The notes: generated from the letters alone by a model not told the origin. A stretch of 64,000 nucleotides of DNA from Trueperaceae bacterium (GCA_965213925.1 OZ243927.1:3200001-3264000); one strand, 5' to 3'; shown: positions 40,193-52,952, numbered from the stretch's first letter. Numbers and translations: made by a program.

Positions 40193-40214
40193 ACATACTC
40201 AAGCACGTTTTTAT

Positions 40215-40244
40215 TAGACCAAGGTTATCTTGGTCTATTTTTTT
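40215..40244 (+). terminator. Intrinsic terminator
   Basis: TAGACCAAG-gttat-CTTGGTCTA plus T tract. Confidence 0.8.
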
Positions 40245-40262
40245 GCTTAGAAAGAGGTCGAG

Positions 40263-40577
40263 ATGGAATTCACTGAGTTAATACGCCGTGCAGGGGAAGT
40301 TAGAACGCTCTACGCCAAGTTCGAAGAGGTCAAGTACGGGCGAAGTTGGACCACTGAGGAGCTTGCGTTAGGGTTTATGGGAGACGTAGGGGATTTGGCA
40401 AAGCTCGTTCAAGCTATGAATGGTGTAAGAGATATTCCTGATGCTAGAAAGAAGCTGGGGCACGAACTCGCTGACTGCTTATGGTCGGTGATTGTATTAG
40501 CACAGGCGCGTGAGGTCGACTTAGAGGCGGCGTTTCTTAAGACGATGGATGAGTTGGAGGTACGCTTAACAAAATAG
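40263..40577 (+). CDS. MazG-like nucleotide pyrophosphohydrolase
   Basis: GDVGDLAK, HELADCLWS. Confidence 0.82.
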   Translation: MEFTELIRRAGEVRTLYAKFEEVKYGRSWTTEELALGFMGDVGDLAKLVQAMNGVRDIPDARKKLGHELADCLWSVIVLAQAREVDLEAAFLKTMDELEVRLTK

Positions 40578-40658
40578 GAACTTCCGGTACTTATCGGTCG
40601 TACAAATTGAGCATAACCACGCTAGACACAAGATTAGCTCGCCGCTTATAATCCGCAG

Positions 40659-41513
40659 ATGAAAAACAATCAACGCTCATTTGATGGTGACAGCGTAAGA
40701 GTTTTGACGCACAACCTCTACGGGCGACGCTCAAATTGGGAAGACCGGCGGCGCGTCCTCATCGAGGGCATTAGAAAACTCTCTCCAGACCTCATCTCTT
40801 TTCAAGAGACAATTTTGACTGATGATTACGATCAAGCTGCCGATTTGCTTCCCTCTGACTTTCACATCGTCAATTCAGAAGCGAGAGAAAAGGACGGACA
40901 AGGCGCTTCAGTCGCGAGTCGCTGGCCCATCCTAGAGGTGCGCGAGCTTGACTTGAACGTCACGCCTCGTACAGTAGATTTTTCCTGCACGACGCTCATT
41001 GCTAGAATTCAAGCGCCGGAGCCTTTTGGACCTCTTTTACTCGTCAATCACTTTCCTAATTGGCAAGTGGATTACGAGTATGAGCGCGAGCTGCAAACTG
41101 TGATCGCGGCGCGGTCTACCGAAGCTATGGTTAGAGAGCAGCACATGCACATCATCATAGCGGGCGACCTCGACGCTGATCCTGACGCTGCCAGCGTGCG
41201 CTTTCTCGCTGGCAAACAGTCTTTAGACGGCATAAGCGTTTGCTACCGGAACGCCTGGGACAGCGCGCATCCTGGCGAACCGGGGTACACGTTTACGGCT
41301 CAAAATCCGCTGGTTATGGAGACGGGCTGGGACTGGCCGTACAAAAGGATTGACCACATTTTTGTGAGGTGCGGACAGCACGGCGGGCCTACTTTGCACA
41401 TTTCCGCTTGTGAATTGGCTTTTGATGAGCCAATAAATGGGGTCTGGGCGAGTGATCACTTCGGCATAACCGCAGACCTCACACTCCCGAAACCCAGTGC
41501 CAAAACTTCGTGA
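40659..41513 (+). CDS. Endonuclease/exonuclease/phosphatase family protein
   Basis: THN, FQE, AGDLD, RIDHIF, SDH. Confidence 0.88.
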   Translation: MKNNQRSFDGDSVRVLTHNLYGRRSNWEDRRRVLIEGIRKLSPDLISFQETILTDDYDQAADLLPSDFHIVNSEAREKDGQGASVASRWPILEVRELDLNVTPRTVDFSCTTLIARIQAPEPFGPLLLVNHFPNWQVDYEYERELQTVIAARSTEAMVREQHMHIIIAGDLDADPDAASVRFLAGKQSLDGISVCYRNAWDSAHPGEPGYTFTAQNPLVMETGWDWPYKRIDHIFVRCGQHGGPTLHISACELAFDEPINGVWASDHFGITADLTLPKPSAKTS

Positions 41514-41528
41514 CGAAATCCGTGTAAT

Positions 41529-41909
41529 TCAATCGAGATAACTCTGGCGCAAGAACCTAAGCGCAATGGCGTACGCCGCGTAATCATCAATTAAACGCGG
41601 CGGCGAGCGCAGTCCTTTAGGTAAGAGCTTGAACAGACCTCTCGGCGGATTCGCTTGAAAGTAGAGTTCGCGCCCCTCGAGCGTCGTATCCGTTTCGTCT
41701 ATGAGCGCAAACGTCTTACCGCGTTCACGCAGCACCTCTTGAACCTTATCGCTGCCCGTACCATCGCCGACGACGATGGTGATACCGGGGGGCAGCTCGA
41801 GCCCGCGCAACTCCTCCAACGTAATAATATTTCTATAAACCAACTTCTCTTTAGCGTTGACGAACGCCACGCCAATATTCTTGCCAGGGTCTAAACCAAG
41901 CACCATCAT
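41529..41909 (-). CDS. YqgF/RNase H-like resolvase-family protein
   Basis: LGLDPG, VGDGT, DETDTT, IDDYAA. Confidence 0.8.
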   Translation of the reverse strand: MMVLGLDPGKNIGVAFVNAKEKLVYRNIITLEELRGLELPPGITIVVGDGTGSDKVQEVLRERGKTFALIDETDTTLEGRELYFQANPPRGLFKLLPKGLRSPPRLIDDYAAYAIALRFLRQSYLD

Positions 41910-41920
41910 TCCAAAATAAC

Positions 41921-41955
41921 AAAAGAAGAAGAGCCGGAACGTGTCCGGCTCTTTC
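41921..41955 (-). terminator. rpoC terminator
   Basis: AAGAGCCGGA / TCCGGCTCTT stem followed by T-rich tract on minus strand. Confidence 0.8.
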
Positions 41956-41972
41956 TAATAAGAGGTTTAAGT

Positions 41973-44900
41973 TTAGGCTTCGGGGCGCTGCTCGCGCTCG
42001 CTAGCAGGACGCGACGGCGCACTCGGCTGCTCGCGCTCGCCTTGTGCGGGCGCTTCCTTGCGGCGCTCCAACATCCGCTCGTCGGCGACGCGCACCTCGC
42101 GAATCGCGTCTAAACCCGTACCCGCAGGAATCAAACGCCCTAAGATGACGTTCTCCTTCAAACCGACGAGGTCGTCCGCTTTGCCCGACACAGCGGCTTC
42201 GGTCAGCACGTGCGTGGTGTGCTGGAACGAAGCGGCGGAGAGCCAGGACTTGGTGGACAAGCTCGCTTTGGTAATACCCAACAGCACGGGCTTCCAGCTT
42301 GCGGGGTTCTTGCCCTCGTCCAAGAGCTTGTCGTTCACCTCTTCTACGTCGAAGCGCTCGATAACTTGCCCCTCCAGGAACTCGGAATCGCCCGACTCCA
42401 GAATCTCGACGAACTTGAGCATCTGCCGCACGATGACCTCGATGTGCTTATCGTGTACGGATACGCCCTGTCCGCGGTACACGCGCTGAATCTCGTTGAC
42501 GAGATAGCGCTGCACGTCTTCGGGACCGCGCGACTCCAAGAGGTCGTGTGGGTTGACCGCGCCGCGTGTAAGCTGCGCGCCCGCCTCGACTTCGTCGCCG
42601 TCGCGCACTAAGACGCGGACGTTGCGGTCCAACTTATAGGTCTTAGAGAAGTCACCGTCACGACTCGAGACCGTCAGCTTCACCTTCTCGTCGTCCTCGT
42701 TGATGGAGACGACGCCGTCTAGGTCGGAGATGAACGCTTTGACTTTCGGCTTACGCGCCTCGACGAGTTCGATGACGCGAGGCAGACCCTGCGTGATGTC
42801 GCCGCCCGTCGCGATACCCCCGGTGTGAAAGGTGCGCATGGTGAGCTGGGTGCCCGGCTCGCCGATGGACTCCGCCGCGATGACGCCCACCGCTTCGCCG
42901 AGCGAGACGGGGCGCATCAGGGACATATCGAGCCCGTAGCAGGTGCGGCAGATGCCCGCGCGGGTTTGGCACACCACGGGGCTGCGCACTTCGATGGTGC
43001 GTACGGCGGGATTATCCGATAGGAGCGGATACAGCTCGTTAATGTGCTCCTTCATCAGAATCGTGCCTTGCTCCAAGGCGTAGTCGCCGATCTCCAAATC
43101 GAGCGCTAGGTAGCGTCCATAGAGGCTCATCTCCAAGTGGCTCTTCGAGCGCAGACGCCCGTCCTCGCCGTAGAGCGGAACCTCGGAGAAGTCCGCCGTG
43201 CCGCAGTCGTGCTCGCGCACCACGATCTCGTGCGCCACGTCTACGAGCTTGCGGGTCAAGTAGCCCGAGTCCGCCGTGCGAAGCGCCGTGTCCGCGCCCC
43301 CTTTACGCGCCCCGTGCGTGGAGATGAAGTACTCCAACACGGTCAGACCTTCGCGGAAGTTCGTGCGGATGGGTAGCTCGATGGTGTCGCCCGAGGGCTT
43401 CGCCATGAGCCCGCGCATCCCCGCGAGCTGACGAATCTGCTGCGGATTACCACGCGCACCCGACTGCGCCATGATGAACAAAGGGTTGAAGGGCATGTTG
43501 TCCTTGAAGTTGTCAAAGACCGCTTGGCGGACGCTGTCGGTGGTCTCGTTCCAGAGCTTCACGACTTGTTGGTAACGCTCCAAGTCGGTGACGAAACCCT
43601 TGTTGAACGCGCTGGTAATCTTGCCGAGCTTCTCTTCGGCTTCGGCTAAGAGTTCCGCTTTCTTAGGCGGAATCGCCACGTCGTCGATGCCGATGGTGAT
43701 GCCCGAGGTGGTCGAGAGCTTGAAGCCCTCATCTTTCAGCGCGTCCAGGAGCTTCGCGGTGCGCTCGATGCCTAAGAGCTTGAAGGAGTCCACGACGAGG
43801 TCGCGCAGCGCGTTTTTCTCATACGCGGTGTCGTAGCGGATGAGCGAGGTTGGCACTTCGCCGCCATCTTCGGACAGGGTCTCCTCCACCAAGCGGGCGA
43901 AGAAGGTCCGTCCGGGGCTGGTGTGGATCATCTCGCCATTGATCTTAATCGAGACCGTGTCCTGCATGTCGATCTCTTCACGCTCGACGGCTAAGAGCGC
44001 TTCGTCCACGCTGCTGAAGTGGTACTTGAGGCGTCCGACGCTGGTCTCTGCCCCATCCACCGTGATGCTGCTGTTGAGGTCGAGTTGGTTGTTGCGGTAG
44101 GCTTCTAACGCCTTTTCCACATTTTTGTAGCTGTTGCCCACGCCCTTACGCCCAATATGGACTTGAGTAAGGACGAACAACCCCAAGATGATGTCACGGC
44201 TCGCGCCGACATTCGGGTTGCCGTGCGCGGGCGACAAGAGGTTATGAGACGAAAGCATCTGGAGCCGCGCTTCGGCTTGCGCGTAGACCGATAAAGGCAC
44301 GTGAATTGCCATTTGGTCGCCGTCGAAGTCGGCGTTAAACGCTTCGCAGACCAGCGGGTGAAGCTGAATCGCTTGACCCTCAACGAGCACGGGCTCGAAG
44401 GCTTGAATACCTAAGCGGTGGAGCGTCGGGGCACGGTTTAAGAGCACGACGCGGTCTTGGATGACCTCTTCCAGGGCGTCCCAAATCTCGTCGCGGGTGT
44501 CGCGGTAGCGCTCTAAGAGTTTACGGGCGCTCTTGATGTTCGAAGCGACGCCGCGCTCTTCCAACGTTTTGAACAAAAAGGGCTTGAAAAGCTCCAATGC
44601 CATGCGCTTCGGCACACCGCACTGGTGCAGCCGGAGCTGCGGACCGACGACGATGACCGAGCGCCCGGAGTAGTCCACGCGCTTACCCAAGAGGTTCTGG
44701 CGGAAACGCCCTTGTTTACCGCCCAAGAGGTCGGTCAAGGAGCGCAAGGGGCGGTCGCTGCCGGGGTGCACCACAGCGCTGCCGCGACGCCCGTTGTCGA
44801 TGAGCGCGTCTACGGACTCTTGCAACATCCGCTTCTCGTTGCGCACGATCATCTCGGGTGCGCCCTGCGCCATGAGCTTCTTGAGGCGGTTGTTGCGGTT

Positions 44901-46556
44901 GATGAGGCGGCGGTAGAGGTCGTTTAAGTCCGAGGTCGCGAAGCGTCCGCCCTCGACCTGCACCATCGGGCGCAAGGCGGGGGGCATGATGGGCACGGCG
45001 TCTAAAATCATCCACGAGGGATTGTTACCCGACTCGATGAAGGAACGGGCGACTTCGAGGCGCTTTCGCGCTTTGGCGCGTTTGTGGCGGCTCGGCGACT
45101 CCATCTCTTCAACTAACTCAGCCTCGAGCGTCGGCAAGTCGATCTGCTCCAAGAGTTCACGCACCGCGTCCGCCCCCATCTTCGCTTCGAAGTCGTAGGA
45201 CTCGATGAGACGAACCTGACGGCGCACGAGGTCGATTTCGACGCGACCGGAGATGTCCGCTTTGACCCTGCCGTCGTCGGCGAGTTCATCGCCGGGGATG
45301 ACGCGGTCGCCGTTGACGACGATGGGCTCGTCCTCGTAGGGGTAGATTTTGGCTCTCGAGACCACGATGCTCGCAGGCTCAGCGATGTGGAGTATGCCAT
45401 CCGCTTCCGCAAAGATTTCTTGCGCCGCGTCGATTGCGCCCACGACTTTTTGCCCTTCGCTGACCTGTGCGCCGTCACTGGTGAGGACGTGCATGGTCGG
45501 GTTGATGGGCATCTCGTCGCGTCGGGACCACTCGACATTGAGCGTGAGTTCCGTTTCAGGACCGCGCTTGCGGCTCTTAGTAATGCTGACCGAAGCTTCG
45601 CGGGGCACGGAGAGCTGCGTGCCGGAGCTTGCTTTGGCAAGTTCCGCGCCTTCGTCCACAAATTCACCATCGCCCACGACGAGTTCCATCCCGTTCAGGA
45701 TGAGGTGCGAGGCGATGACTTCATCTTCGTCGGGGTCGCGGAGGTTCAAGAGCCCGCCGTCTGCACCGATGGGGAGCAGTTCGACAATGCCTTCACCTTT
45801 AGCGGTGATAGAAATATCGCTGGCGAGGTCAGCGAAAGGCTGTCCGCCCTTATAGCGCTCCTCTTCGATCCATGCCTTCGTCGGCACGGTAAAGCTCGCG
45901 TCCCTCGACTCTTCATAGTCGAAGATGAGCTTGCGCGGAAAGCGGTACTGCGCCAAACCGGAGAGCTTCGACTTCACGCCTTTGGCGAGTTGCTGCCCCG
46001 TTTCGACGTAGTCACCGTCGGCAACCACGGCGTCTTCACCCATCGAAACGCTGTACGTCTCCTGATGACCGTAGCGGAGTTGGCGGTACTCTTCGTCCGT
46101 CAAGAGGTCGCCGCGGCGGAGCGGTCTGCCGTCACGCAGCGCGTCCATCGGGTCGGTGACGACGTACTTGGCGAAATAGAGGACCTGCTCTAACTGACTC
46201 GTCGAGAGGTTGAGAAGCGCCCCGACCTTACTCGGGATATCCTTGACGTACCATATGTGCGTGCAAGAGGTCGCCAGTTCGATATGACCCATGCGGTAGC
46301 GGCGCACCGTCGCTTTGGTGACTTCGACGCCGCAACGCTCACAGGTCTTACCCTCGAAACGCTGGCGCTTATATTTGCCGCAAGCGCACTCGTAGTCTTT
46401 TTCGGGTCCGAAGATGCGCTCGTCGAACAAACCGTCGCGCTCCGGCTTGAGGGTGCGGTAGTTGATGGTTTCGGGCTTGGTGACCTCGCCGTAGCTCCAG
46501 CCGCGAATCTGCTCGGGCGCGGCGATTTTGATGCGAACCTTGTTGAATTCTCTCAT
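41973..46556 (-). CDS. rpoC: RNA polymerase beta-prime subunit
   Basis: NADFDGD, Zn-finger Cys; large Deinococcus-Thermus N-terminal insertion. Confidence 0.99.
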   Translation of the reverse strand: MREFNKVRIKIAAPEQIRGWSYGEVTKPETINYRTLKPERDGLFDERIFGPEKDYECACGKYKRQRFEGKTCERCGVEVTKATVRRYRMGHIELATSCTHIWYVKDIPSKVGALLNLSTSQLEQVLYFAKYVVTDPMDALRDGRPLRRGDLLTDEEYRQLRYGHQETYSVSMGEDAVVADGDYVETGQQLAKGVKSKLSGLAQYRFPRKLIFDYEESRDASFTVPTKAWIEEERYKGGQPFADLASDISITAKGEGIVELLPIGADGGLLNLRDPDEDEVIASHLILNGMELVVGDGEFVDEGAELAKASSGTQLSVPREASVSITKSRKRGPETELTLNVEWSRRDEMPINPTMHVLTSDGAQVSEGQKVVGAIDAAQEIFAEADGILHIAEPASIVVSRAKIYPYEDEPIVVNGDRVIPGDELADDGRVKADISGRVEIDLVRRQVRLIESYDFEAKMGADAVRELLEQIDLPTLEAELVEEMESPSRHKRAKARKRLEVARSFIESGNNPSWMILDAVPIMPPALRPMVQVEGGRFATSDLNDLYRRLINRNNRLKKLMAQGAPEMIVRNEKRMLQESVDALIDNGRRGSAVVHPGSDRPLRSLTDLLGGKQGRFRQNLLGKRVDYSGRSVIVVGPQLRLHQCGVPKRMALELFKPFLFKTLEERGVASNIKSARKLLERYRDTRDEIWDALEEVIQDRVVLLNRAPTLHRLGIQAFEPVLVEGQAIQLHPLVCEAFNADFDGDQMAIHVPLSVYAQAEARLQMLSSHNLLSPAHGNPNVGASRDIILGLFVLTQVHIGRKGVGNSYKNVEKALEAYRNNQLDLNSSITVDGAETSVGRLKYHFSSVDEALLAVEREEIDMQDTVSIKINGEMIHTSPGRTFFARLVEETLSEDGGEVPTSLIRYDTAYEKNALRDLVVDSFKLLGIERTAKLLDALKDEGFKLSTTSGITIGIDDVAIPPKKAELLAEAEEKLGKITSAFNKGFVTDLERYQQVVKLWNETTDSVRQAVFDNFKDNMPFNPLFIMAQSGARGNPQQIRQLAGMRGLMAKPSGDTIELPIRTNFREGLTVLEYFISTHGARKGGADTALRTADSGYLTRKLVDVAHEIVVREHDCGTADFSEVPLYGEDGRLRSKSHLEMSLYGRYLALDLEIGDYALEQGTILMKEHINELYPLLSDNPAVRTIEVRSPVVCQTRAGICRTCYGLDMSLMRPVSLGEAVGVIAAESIGEPGTQLTMRTFHTGGIATGGDITQGLPRVIELVEARKPKVKAFISDLDGVVSINEDDEKVKLTVSSRDGDFSKTYKLDRNVRVLVRDGDEVEAGAQLTRGAVNPHDLLESRGPEDVQRYLVNEIQRVYRGQGVSVHDKHIEVIVRQMLKFVEILESGDSEFLEGQVIERFDVEEVNDKLLDEGKNPASWKPVLLGITKASLSTKSWLSAASFQHTTHVLTEAAVSGKADDLVGLKENVILGRLIPAGTGLDAIREVRVADERMLERRKEAPAQGEREQPSAPSRPASEREQRPEA

Positions 46557-46642
46557 TCAGTATTCCCTTCGGGAAAAGAGTGAATAGTGGCTAGTTGTTA
46601 GCTCTTACTTGCCACTAACAACTAAGCGCTATCCACCGGTTT

Positions 46643-49600
46643 TTACTTGCCCCGCCCCGACTCGTCGAAGATACCGACGGGCTTGTCGTCGTCCATCACC
46701 TGCACGTCAAGTCCGAGCGAGTGAAGCTCCTTGACTAAGACCTTGAAGGACTCGGGGATGGTGGGCTCCAACACATCGTCCCCCTTGACAATCGCTTCGT
46801 ACGCCGTGTTGCGCCCGTCGATGTCGTCCGACTTAATCGTCAACATCTCCTGGAGCGTGTGCGCCGCGCCGTGCGCCTGGAGCGCCCAACACTCCATCTC
46901 ACCTAAGCGCTGACCGCCAAACTGCGCCTTACCACCCAGCGGTTGCTGCGTGATGAGCGAGTAAGGTCCAGTCGAGCGGGCGTGCATCTTGTCCTCGACC
47001 ATGTGGTAGAGCTTCATGACGTACATCACGCCGACGACGATGGGCGCGTCGATGGCTTCGCCCGTGCGTCCGTCGTAGAGGACCGCTTTGCCCGTGCGAG
47101 CGAGAGCGCGTTGGGCGGTATCCATGTCGAGGTCGGGCTCTAAGATGCCCAACTTGCTGGCGCGGCGCAAGACTTCGGTGTCGCGCCTGTCGGCGGTGAA
47201 GCCTGCTTCCTTGTCAGCTTCTTGTTCCTTGACGGAGGCGTCTTCCAAGAGGTCTTTAATCTTTTCCTCTTGTGCACCATCGAAGACGGGCGTGACGTAG
47301 GAAACGTTGTTTTTGTAGGCGGCGAAGCCTAAGTGGGTCTCCAAAATCTGACCTAAGTTCATCCTCGAGGGAACGCCGAGCGGGTTGAACACAAGGTCTA
47401 CAGGCGTGCCATCGGGCATGTAAGGCATGTCCTCGGGCGGTAAGATTTTTGCGACGACGCCCTTGTTCCCGTGCCGGTTCGCGAGCTTGTCCCCTTCGAT
47501 GAGGCGGCGCTTCTGCGCAATGTAGACGCGGACCATCTCCTGCACGCCGGGCTTGAGTTCGACGCCGGGGTCGGTCCGCTTGAAGCGCACCGTGCGTAAG
47601 ATGATGCCGCCGTCGCCGGGCGGGACGCGGAGCGAGGTATCTTTGACCTCTCGAGCCTTCTCCCCGAAAATCGAGCGCAAAAGCCGCTCTTCGGGCGTGG
47701 GCTCGGTCTCCCCTTTGAACGAGGTGTGACCGACGAGGATGTCGCCCTGCTTGACCTCTGCACCGATGCGAACCACGCCGTCTTCGTCTAAGTCGCGGAG
47801 GGCAGCTTCGGATAAGCCGGGGATGTCGCGCGTAATCTTCTCGGGTCCGAGTTTGGTGTCACGCGCTTCTTTCTCGTACTTCTCGATGTGCACCGATGTG
47901 TAGTTGTCACCGCGCACAAGCTTCTCAGAAAGCACGATGGCGTCCTCGAAGTTGTAACCGTCGAAGGGCATGATGGCGATGAGAACGTTCTGCCCGAGCG
48001 CCAAACGCCCGTTCTGCGAGGCGGGTCCGTCCGCAATCACTTGACCCTCTTCAATCGTGTCGCCGATGTTGACTAAGGGACGCTGGTCCAAGTTCGTATT
48101 CTGGTTCGAACGCTGGAAACGGGTCAGGACGTACTCTTTCTCGACGCCTTTTTCGTTCTCGGTGAGGATGCGCTTCGCGTCTACGGACGTGACCGTACCT
48201 GCTTCGGTGGCGAGGAGGACAGTGCCGGAGTCTCTCGAGACCCGCTCCTCAACCCCCGTGCCCACGTAAGGCGCGTCGGTCTTGATTAAGGGAACCGCCT
48301 GCGACTGCATGTTCGAGCCCATCAGCGCCCGGTTCGCGTCGTCGTGCTCCAAAAAGGGGATCAAAGAGGTCGGTACAGAAATGATCTGCTTAGGCGACAC
48401 ATCCATGTAGTCCACGTCTTCGTGCGGGGCAAAGACAGGGTCGCCGAGCTTCCGCGCCAAGATGGTCTCGTTGACGAAGCCGCTGTCCTCGTCCAGGATG
48501 GTATTCGCCTGTGCAATGGTGTACTGGTCTTCGGTGTGCGCGGTCATGTACTCGACTTCGTCCGAGACCTTGCCGTTTTGCACGCGGCGGTAGGGCGCTT
48601 CGATAAAGCCTAAATCGTTGACTTGCGCGTAAGAGGACAAAGAGGTAATGAGACCGATGTTCGCGCCTTCCGGCGTTTCGATCGGGCAGATGCGCCCGTA
48701 GTGCGTGCGGTGCACGTCGCGCACGTCGAAACCGGCGCGTTCGCGGGTCAGACCGCCCGGTCCGAGCGCCGAGATGCGGCGCTTGTGGCGCAGTTCGGAC
48801 AAGGGGTTGACCTGGTCCTTAAACTGTGAGAGCTGGCTGCGCCCGAAGAACTCGCGCAAGGCAGCGACGATAGGACGGTTGTTGACGAGTTTTTGCGGCG
48901 TGGCAGCGTCAGGGTTCCCTAGGAGCATCCGCTCGCGCACACCCCTCGCCATACGCCCTAAGCCAACACGAATCTGGTCCGCGACGAGTTCGCCCACCGT
49001 ACGGATGCGGCGGTTGCCCAAGTGGTCGATGTCGTCTTCTTGGTAGCCTTCGGTGCCTGCTTGCAGGTTGACGAGGTACTGAATGGCGGGAATTAAACCG
49101 TAATCGGTGAATTCGCCTTCGGAGAAGCCCATGAGGGTACTCTGTTCATGATCTAAGCCGAGCTTAGTGTTCATCTTATAGCGCCCAGCGTCACCCAAGT
49201 CATAGCGGCGCGGGTCGGCCAAGAGGCTGAAGAGGTAAGAGGTCGCTTTGTCCACTTTGGGTGGGTCGCCCGGACGCAAGATGGTGAAGAGGCGTAAAAG
49301 CGCTTCCTCTTTCGACGCGCCTGTCGTCGAGTCCTCTTCAAAGGCAGGCTCGATCATGTGCTCTTGCCCCTCGAAGAGCCCACGAATCTGCTCGTCGCTC
49401 ATCCCTAAAACGCGCAAGATGAGGGTGAAGGGGAACTTCTTCTTGTTGACCTTCATCCATAAAACGTCGGAGTTGTCGAACTCCAACTCGATCCAGGGTC
49501 CGCGCTTGGGCATCGGAATGATGCTCGCCATGTAGGTGCGCCCCGTGCCTTTAGGTGCGCCCGTGAAGTACACGCCCGGCGAACGGTGAATCTGCGAGAC

Positions 49601-50029
49601 GATAACCCGGTCTGCGCCGTTGACAACGAAGGAGCCGTCTTCGGTCATGAGCGGTAAGTCGCCTAGGAAAACCTGGTCCTCTTTAATGAGACCCGTGTCC
49701 TTGTGGACAAGTTGCAGTTTGGCGAACAGCCCGGAGTGATACGTCAAGTCCTTCTCGCGGCACTCCTCCGGTGTGAATTCGGGGTCCTCTAAGGTGTACT
49801 CCAAGAAATCCAGGACGAGACCCGTCTGACGTCCGCGCTCGGTCTCGTCAATTGGGAAGACCTCTTTGAAGGCGCTCTGCAAGCCCATATTGTCACGGGC
49901 ACTTGCAGGCGCTAAGTTGCCCTCTTCGTCCATTTGCAAAAACGTGTTGTATGACTTAATCTGAATGTCGGTGAGGTTGGGGAGGTTGATAACCTCTTTG
50001 ATCGAACCGAACTTCCTGATTTCGCGCAT
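46643..50029 (-). CDS. rpoB: RNA polymerase beta subunit
   Basis: GDKLANRHGNKG, SQLSQFKDQ, GGQRLGEME; start 50029 or 50035. Confidence 0.99.
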   Translation of the reverse strand: MREIRKFGSIKEVINLPNLTDIQIKSYNTFLQMDEEGNLAPASARDNMGLQSAFKEVFPIDETERGRQTGLVLDFLEYTLEDPEFTPEECREKDLTYHSGLFAKLQLVHKDTGLIKEDQVFLGDLPLMTEDGSFVVNGADRVIVSQIHRSPGVYFTGAPKGTGRTYMASIIPMPKRGPWIELEFDNSDVLWMKVNKKKFPFTLILRVLGMSDEQIRGLFEGQEHMIEPAFEEDSTTGASKEEALLRLFTILRPGDPPKVDKATSYLFSLLADPRRYDLGDAGRYKMNTKLGLDHEQSTLMGFSEGEFTDYGLIPAIQYLVNLQAGTEGYQEDDIDHLGNRRIRTVGELVADQIRVGLGRMARGVRERMLLGNPDAATPQKLVNNRPIVAALREFFGRSQLSQFKDQVNPLSELRHKRRISALGPGGLTRERAGFDVRDVHRTHYGRICPIETPEGANIGLITSLSSYAQVNDLGFIEAPYRRVQNGKVSDEVEYMTAHTEDQYTIAQANTILDEDSGFVNETILARKLGDPVFAPHEDVDYMDVSPKQIISVPTSLIPFLEHDDANRALMGSNMQSQAVPLIKTDAPYVGTGVEERVSRDSGTVLLATEAGTVTSVDAKRILTENEKGVEKEYVLTRFQRSNQNTNLDQRPLVNIGDTIEEGQVIADGPASQNGRLALGQNVLIAIMPFDGYNFEDAIVLSEKLVRGDNYTSVHIEKYEKEARDTKLGPEKITRDIPGLSEAALRDLDEDGVVRIGAEVKQGDILVGHTSFKGETEPTPEERLLRSIFGEKAREVKDTSLRVPPGDGGIILRTVRFKRTDPGVELKPGVQEMVRVYIAQKRRLIEGDKLANRHGNKGVVAKILPPEDMPYMPDGTPVDLVFNPLGVPSRMNLGQILETHLGFAAYKNNVSYVTPVFDGAQEEKIKDLLEDASVKEQEADKEAGFTADRRDTEVLRRASKLGILEPDLDMDTAQRALARTGKAVLYDGRTGEAIDAPIVVGVMYVMKLYHMVEDKMHARSTGPYSLITQQPLGGKAQFGGQRLGEMECWALQAHGAAHTLQEMLTIKSDDIDGRNTAYEAIVKGDDVLEPTIPESFKVLVKELHSLGLDVQVMDDDKPVGIFDESGRGK

Positions 50030-50442
50030 TGTCACCCCTTAATGTGATATGCATTAGAATACTGACTTATTTACGACTGTGCGTTACCGAGCCCACGTTG
50101 AAGTTCAGCGAGCAACCTCAACCTAATTTCGTGAAAACTCACGCATCACCTCGGTTAGATTTTTGCTAATGTTGACAATGAAAATGAACCGTTGCGAGAA
50201 AAGCTCCGGTTTGAACAGATAATCGGTTGTAACGTGACGTTAAAATCGTCCTAGCACCTACTGACGGCTTCCAGATACTAAAATACTCCAATCAAGAGAA
50301 GCGCAGATAAACATTGAGCAAGCCATTATGGACCTCCTCGAGGGGTTCAGAAACCCAACTCAGTAGTCTAGCATATATTGAGATAGAAGAGGTCAAGGTA
50401 AGCCATCTTACTGGCTTACCTCAACTGCATCTGGTGCTTGAA

Positions 50443-50542
50443 GCAGATATCATCCTTACAATGTGAATGCCAATCAATGGCGCTTTCTACGAAGAGCGTT
50501 ACTTCGCAGGACTTCGTACATTGTGACCAGATGATACCTGCT
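50443..50542 (+). repeat. Dispersed structured element, core with internal insert
   Basis: GCAGATATCATC...ACCAGATGATACCTGCT; insert resembles that of copy 2635. Confidence 0.85.
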
Positions 50543-50546
50543 TACC

Positions 50547-50930
50547 TTACTTGACTTCGACGGTTGCGCCTGCTGCCTCGAGCTTCCCTCTAATCTCGTC
50601 GGCTTCCTCTTTCGAGATGTCCTCTTTGACAGTGCCGCCCGACTCTACGAGTTCTTTAGCCTCTTTGAGACCTAAGCTCGTAATCGCACGAACCTCTTTA
50701 ATGACGTTGAGCTTCTTGTCACCGGGGCTCTTGATGGTCACGGTGAATTCGCTCTGCTCCTCGGCGACTGCGGCTGCTTCGCCACCGCCTTGCGGCATCA
50801 TCATGCCGGCGGGCACCGCGGCGGCGGCTTCGACGCCCCACTTGTCTTTGAGTCCTTCGACTAAGTCCACTAGCTCTAAAACGGTCAAGCCGCTGAGCTG
50901 CTCCATCATCGCTTCTTTATCAAATGCCAT
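50547..50930 (-). CDS. rplL: 50S ribosomal protein L7/L12
   Basis: [21 protein letters not shown]. Confidence 0.99.
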   Translation of the reverse strand: MAFDKEAMMEQLSGLTVLELVDLVEGLKDKWGVEAAAAVPAGMMMPQGGGEAAAVAEEQSEFTVTIKSPGDKKLNVIKEVRAITSLGLKEAKELVESGGTVKEDISKEEADEIRGKLEAAGATVEVK

Positions 50931-51460
50931 TATCTCTCCTCCTTGAGTTTCTCTGAGTAGTTATTGAGTACCGATACCAAGTTCTGCGGGGGCGCTTGCA
51001 GCACGCCGACGAGCTGCTGCATGGGGGCTTGCAAGACGCCGACAAGCTCACTGAGGAGTTCGTCGCGGGTGGGCAGCTTAGCGATTTTAGCAAACGCTTC
51101 GGGCTCCACCATCGAACCTTGCAAGAGCCCACCTTTGGGCGTGGGCAGGTCTTTGGCATTATCGTCCGCGAAGTCGGTGAGCGCCTTGACGGGCTGCACC
51201 GGGTCTTCGTCAATGAGGACTAAAGCCGTCGGACCGCTCAGCTTTTCGCCAAACCCCTCGATGCCCTGTTCTTTCAGGACAACGTTGATGAGGGTATTTT
51301 TCGCGACTAAAAGCCTGCCGCCTGCGTCGCGCACTTTGGTACGCAACGCGCCGATCTGTTCCGCAGAAAGTCCCTGGTAGTCCACGAGGAAGAAGGTGAC
51401 AGCGTCCGCGAGTAACCCGCGCAACTCTTCGACCGACTCCGTGTTTCTTGGGTTTGCCAC
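50930..51460 (-). CDS. rplJ: 50S ribosomal protein L10
   Basis: DYQGL, VAKNTL, GPTA; probable GTG start 51460. Confidence 0.97.
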   Translation of the reverse strand: MANPRNTESVEELRGLLADAVTFFLVDYQGLSAEQIGALRTKVRDAGGRLLVAKNTLINVVLKEQGIEGFGEKLSGPTALVLIDEDPVQPVKALTDFADDNAKDLPTPKGGLLQGSMVEPEAFAKIAKLPTRDELLSELVGVLQAPMQQLVGVLQAPPQNLVSVLNNYSEKLKEER

Positions 51461-51622
51461 GTTAGGGAACCTTTCTAAGAGAGGTATCATCTCGTTTCGG
51501 ACGAAATCCGTGAGTCAAGCTCTGAAGATTTCGCGTGCTCGAGGGTACACTCTTTACACTTTTGAGAGTTGTTCTGCGCAACACCGCCACAAAACTATCT
51601 CCACGTCAACCGCGAAGCTGTA

Positions 51623-51703
51623 CTAAACGTAATCCTTGAACTACGTTTAGCGCCTCGGCAGGATATTTAAGCTCCTGGCTGAGCCCCTGCTATCTTGGAC
51701 GCC
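51623..51703 (-). ncRNA. L10 leader (autoregulatory RNA)
   Basis: CCAAGATAGCAGG...TTAAATATCCTGCCGAGG upstream of rplJ. Confidence 0.8.
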
Positions 51704-51835
51704 AGTAAGGTACTTGAAGCGAGAGCGCCGTAGCGTTCTGGCTTGCTTCGCACCGAGATGCTTAGAAGAAGTAACGAGGACTGAGTGCTGAGGTGAAAGT
51801 GAAAATCTTAAACTCAGCGCTCGAGCCTCACGACA

Positions 51836-52519
51836 CTATGCGTTTACTTGAACGCTCGGCCCCATCGTCGAGGTGAGATAGACCGTGCGGATGTAGAGAC
51901 CTTTGGCGGTGTCCGGCTTCGCGGCTTCGACCGCTGCACGGAACGCGCTCAAGTTCTCCGTAAGTTTCGCCGCATCGAAGCTCGCTTTGCCGATTGGGGC
52001 GTGCACGACGCCTGTTTTGTCGTTGCGGAATTCGATCTGACCCGCTTTGAGCGCCTTGACGATTTCGCCGATGTTCTGCCCGACTGTGCCCGACTTGGGG
52101 TTCGGGAGCAGACCGCGCGGTCCTAAGACGCGCCCGAGCTTGCTGCCGACCGCCGCCATCATATCCGGTGTGGCGACAACCGCGTCGAAGTCCAGCCAAC
52201 CCTCTTGGATACGCTGAATCATGTCGTCGCCACCAACGAAGTCTGCGCCCGCAGCTTCGGCGTCTTGGACTTTATCGCCCTGCGTGAGCGCGAGAACGCG
52301 AACCTCGCGTCCCGTGCCGTGAGGGAGGGCGACGGTGCCGCGTACCGTCTGATCGGACTTACGGGGGTCAATGCCTAAGCGGACGTGCGCCTCGACCGTT
52401 TCGTCGAACTTTGCCGTGGCGAGTTCTTTGACCAATGAGGCGGCTTCGTCGGGGGCGTAGACCTTTTTGCGGTCTACTTTCTCTAAGAGACTCCTGTACC
52501 TCTTACCGTGCTTAGCCAT
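51836..52519 (-). CDS. rplA: 50S ribosomal protein L1
   Basis: [22 protein letters not shown]. Confidence 0.99.
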   Translation of the reverse strand: MAKHGKRYRSLLEKVDRKKVYAPDEAASLVKELATAKFDETVEAHVRLGIDPRKSDQTVRGTVALPHGTGREVRVLALTQGDKVQDAEAAGADFVGGDDMIQRIQEGWLDFDAVVATPDMMAAVGSKLGRVLGPRGLLPNPKSGTVGQNIGEIVKALKAGQIEFRNDKTGVVHAPIGKASFDAAKLTENLSAFRAAVEAAKPDTAKGLYIRTVYLTSTMGPSVQVNA

Positions 52520-52952
52520 TGACGGGTGCTCCTTCTACCGTGACGCCCATCGAACGCGCCGTGCCTGCGATGACCTTCGCAGCAGCTTCTTCGGAGGCGG
52601 CGTTGAGGTCTTTCATCTTGTTGCGCCCGATTTCCAAGCACTGGTCCCAGGTGAGCTTGCCGACTTTTTCCTTGTTCGGCACACCTGAGCCTTTGGGGAT
52701 GCCAGCCGCTTGGCGAATCAGGTAGCTCGCGGGCGGCGTCTTAGTGATAAAGGTGAACGAGCGGTCCGCGAAGATGGTGATCTCTACCGGAATAATCGCG
52801 CCCGCTTCTGAAGCCGTTGCCGCGTTGTATTCCTTGACGAAACCCATGATATTCGCGCCGTACTGACCTAACGCGGGTCCGACGGGTGGGGCAGGTGTCG
52901 CGCCGCCAGCGGGTAGCTGGAGCTTGACGATGCCAGCAACTTTCTTTGCCAT
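52512..52952 (-). CDS. rplK: 50S ribosomal protein L11
   Basis: [18 protein letters not shown]. Confidence 0.99.
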   Translation of the reverse strand: MAKKVAGIVKLQLPAGGATPAPPVGPALGQYGANIMGFVKEYNAATASEAGAIIPVEITIFADRSFTFITKTPPASYLIRQAAGIPKGSGVPNKEKVGKLTWDQCLEIGRNKMKDLNAASEEAAAKVIAGTARSMGVTVEGAPVNG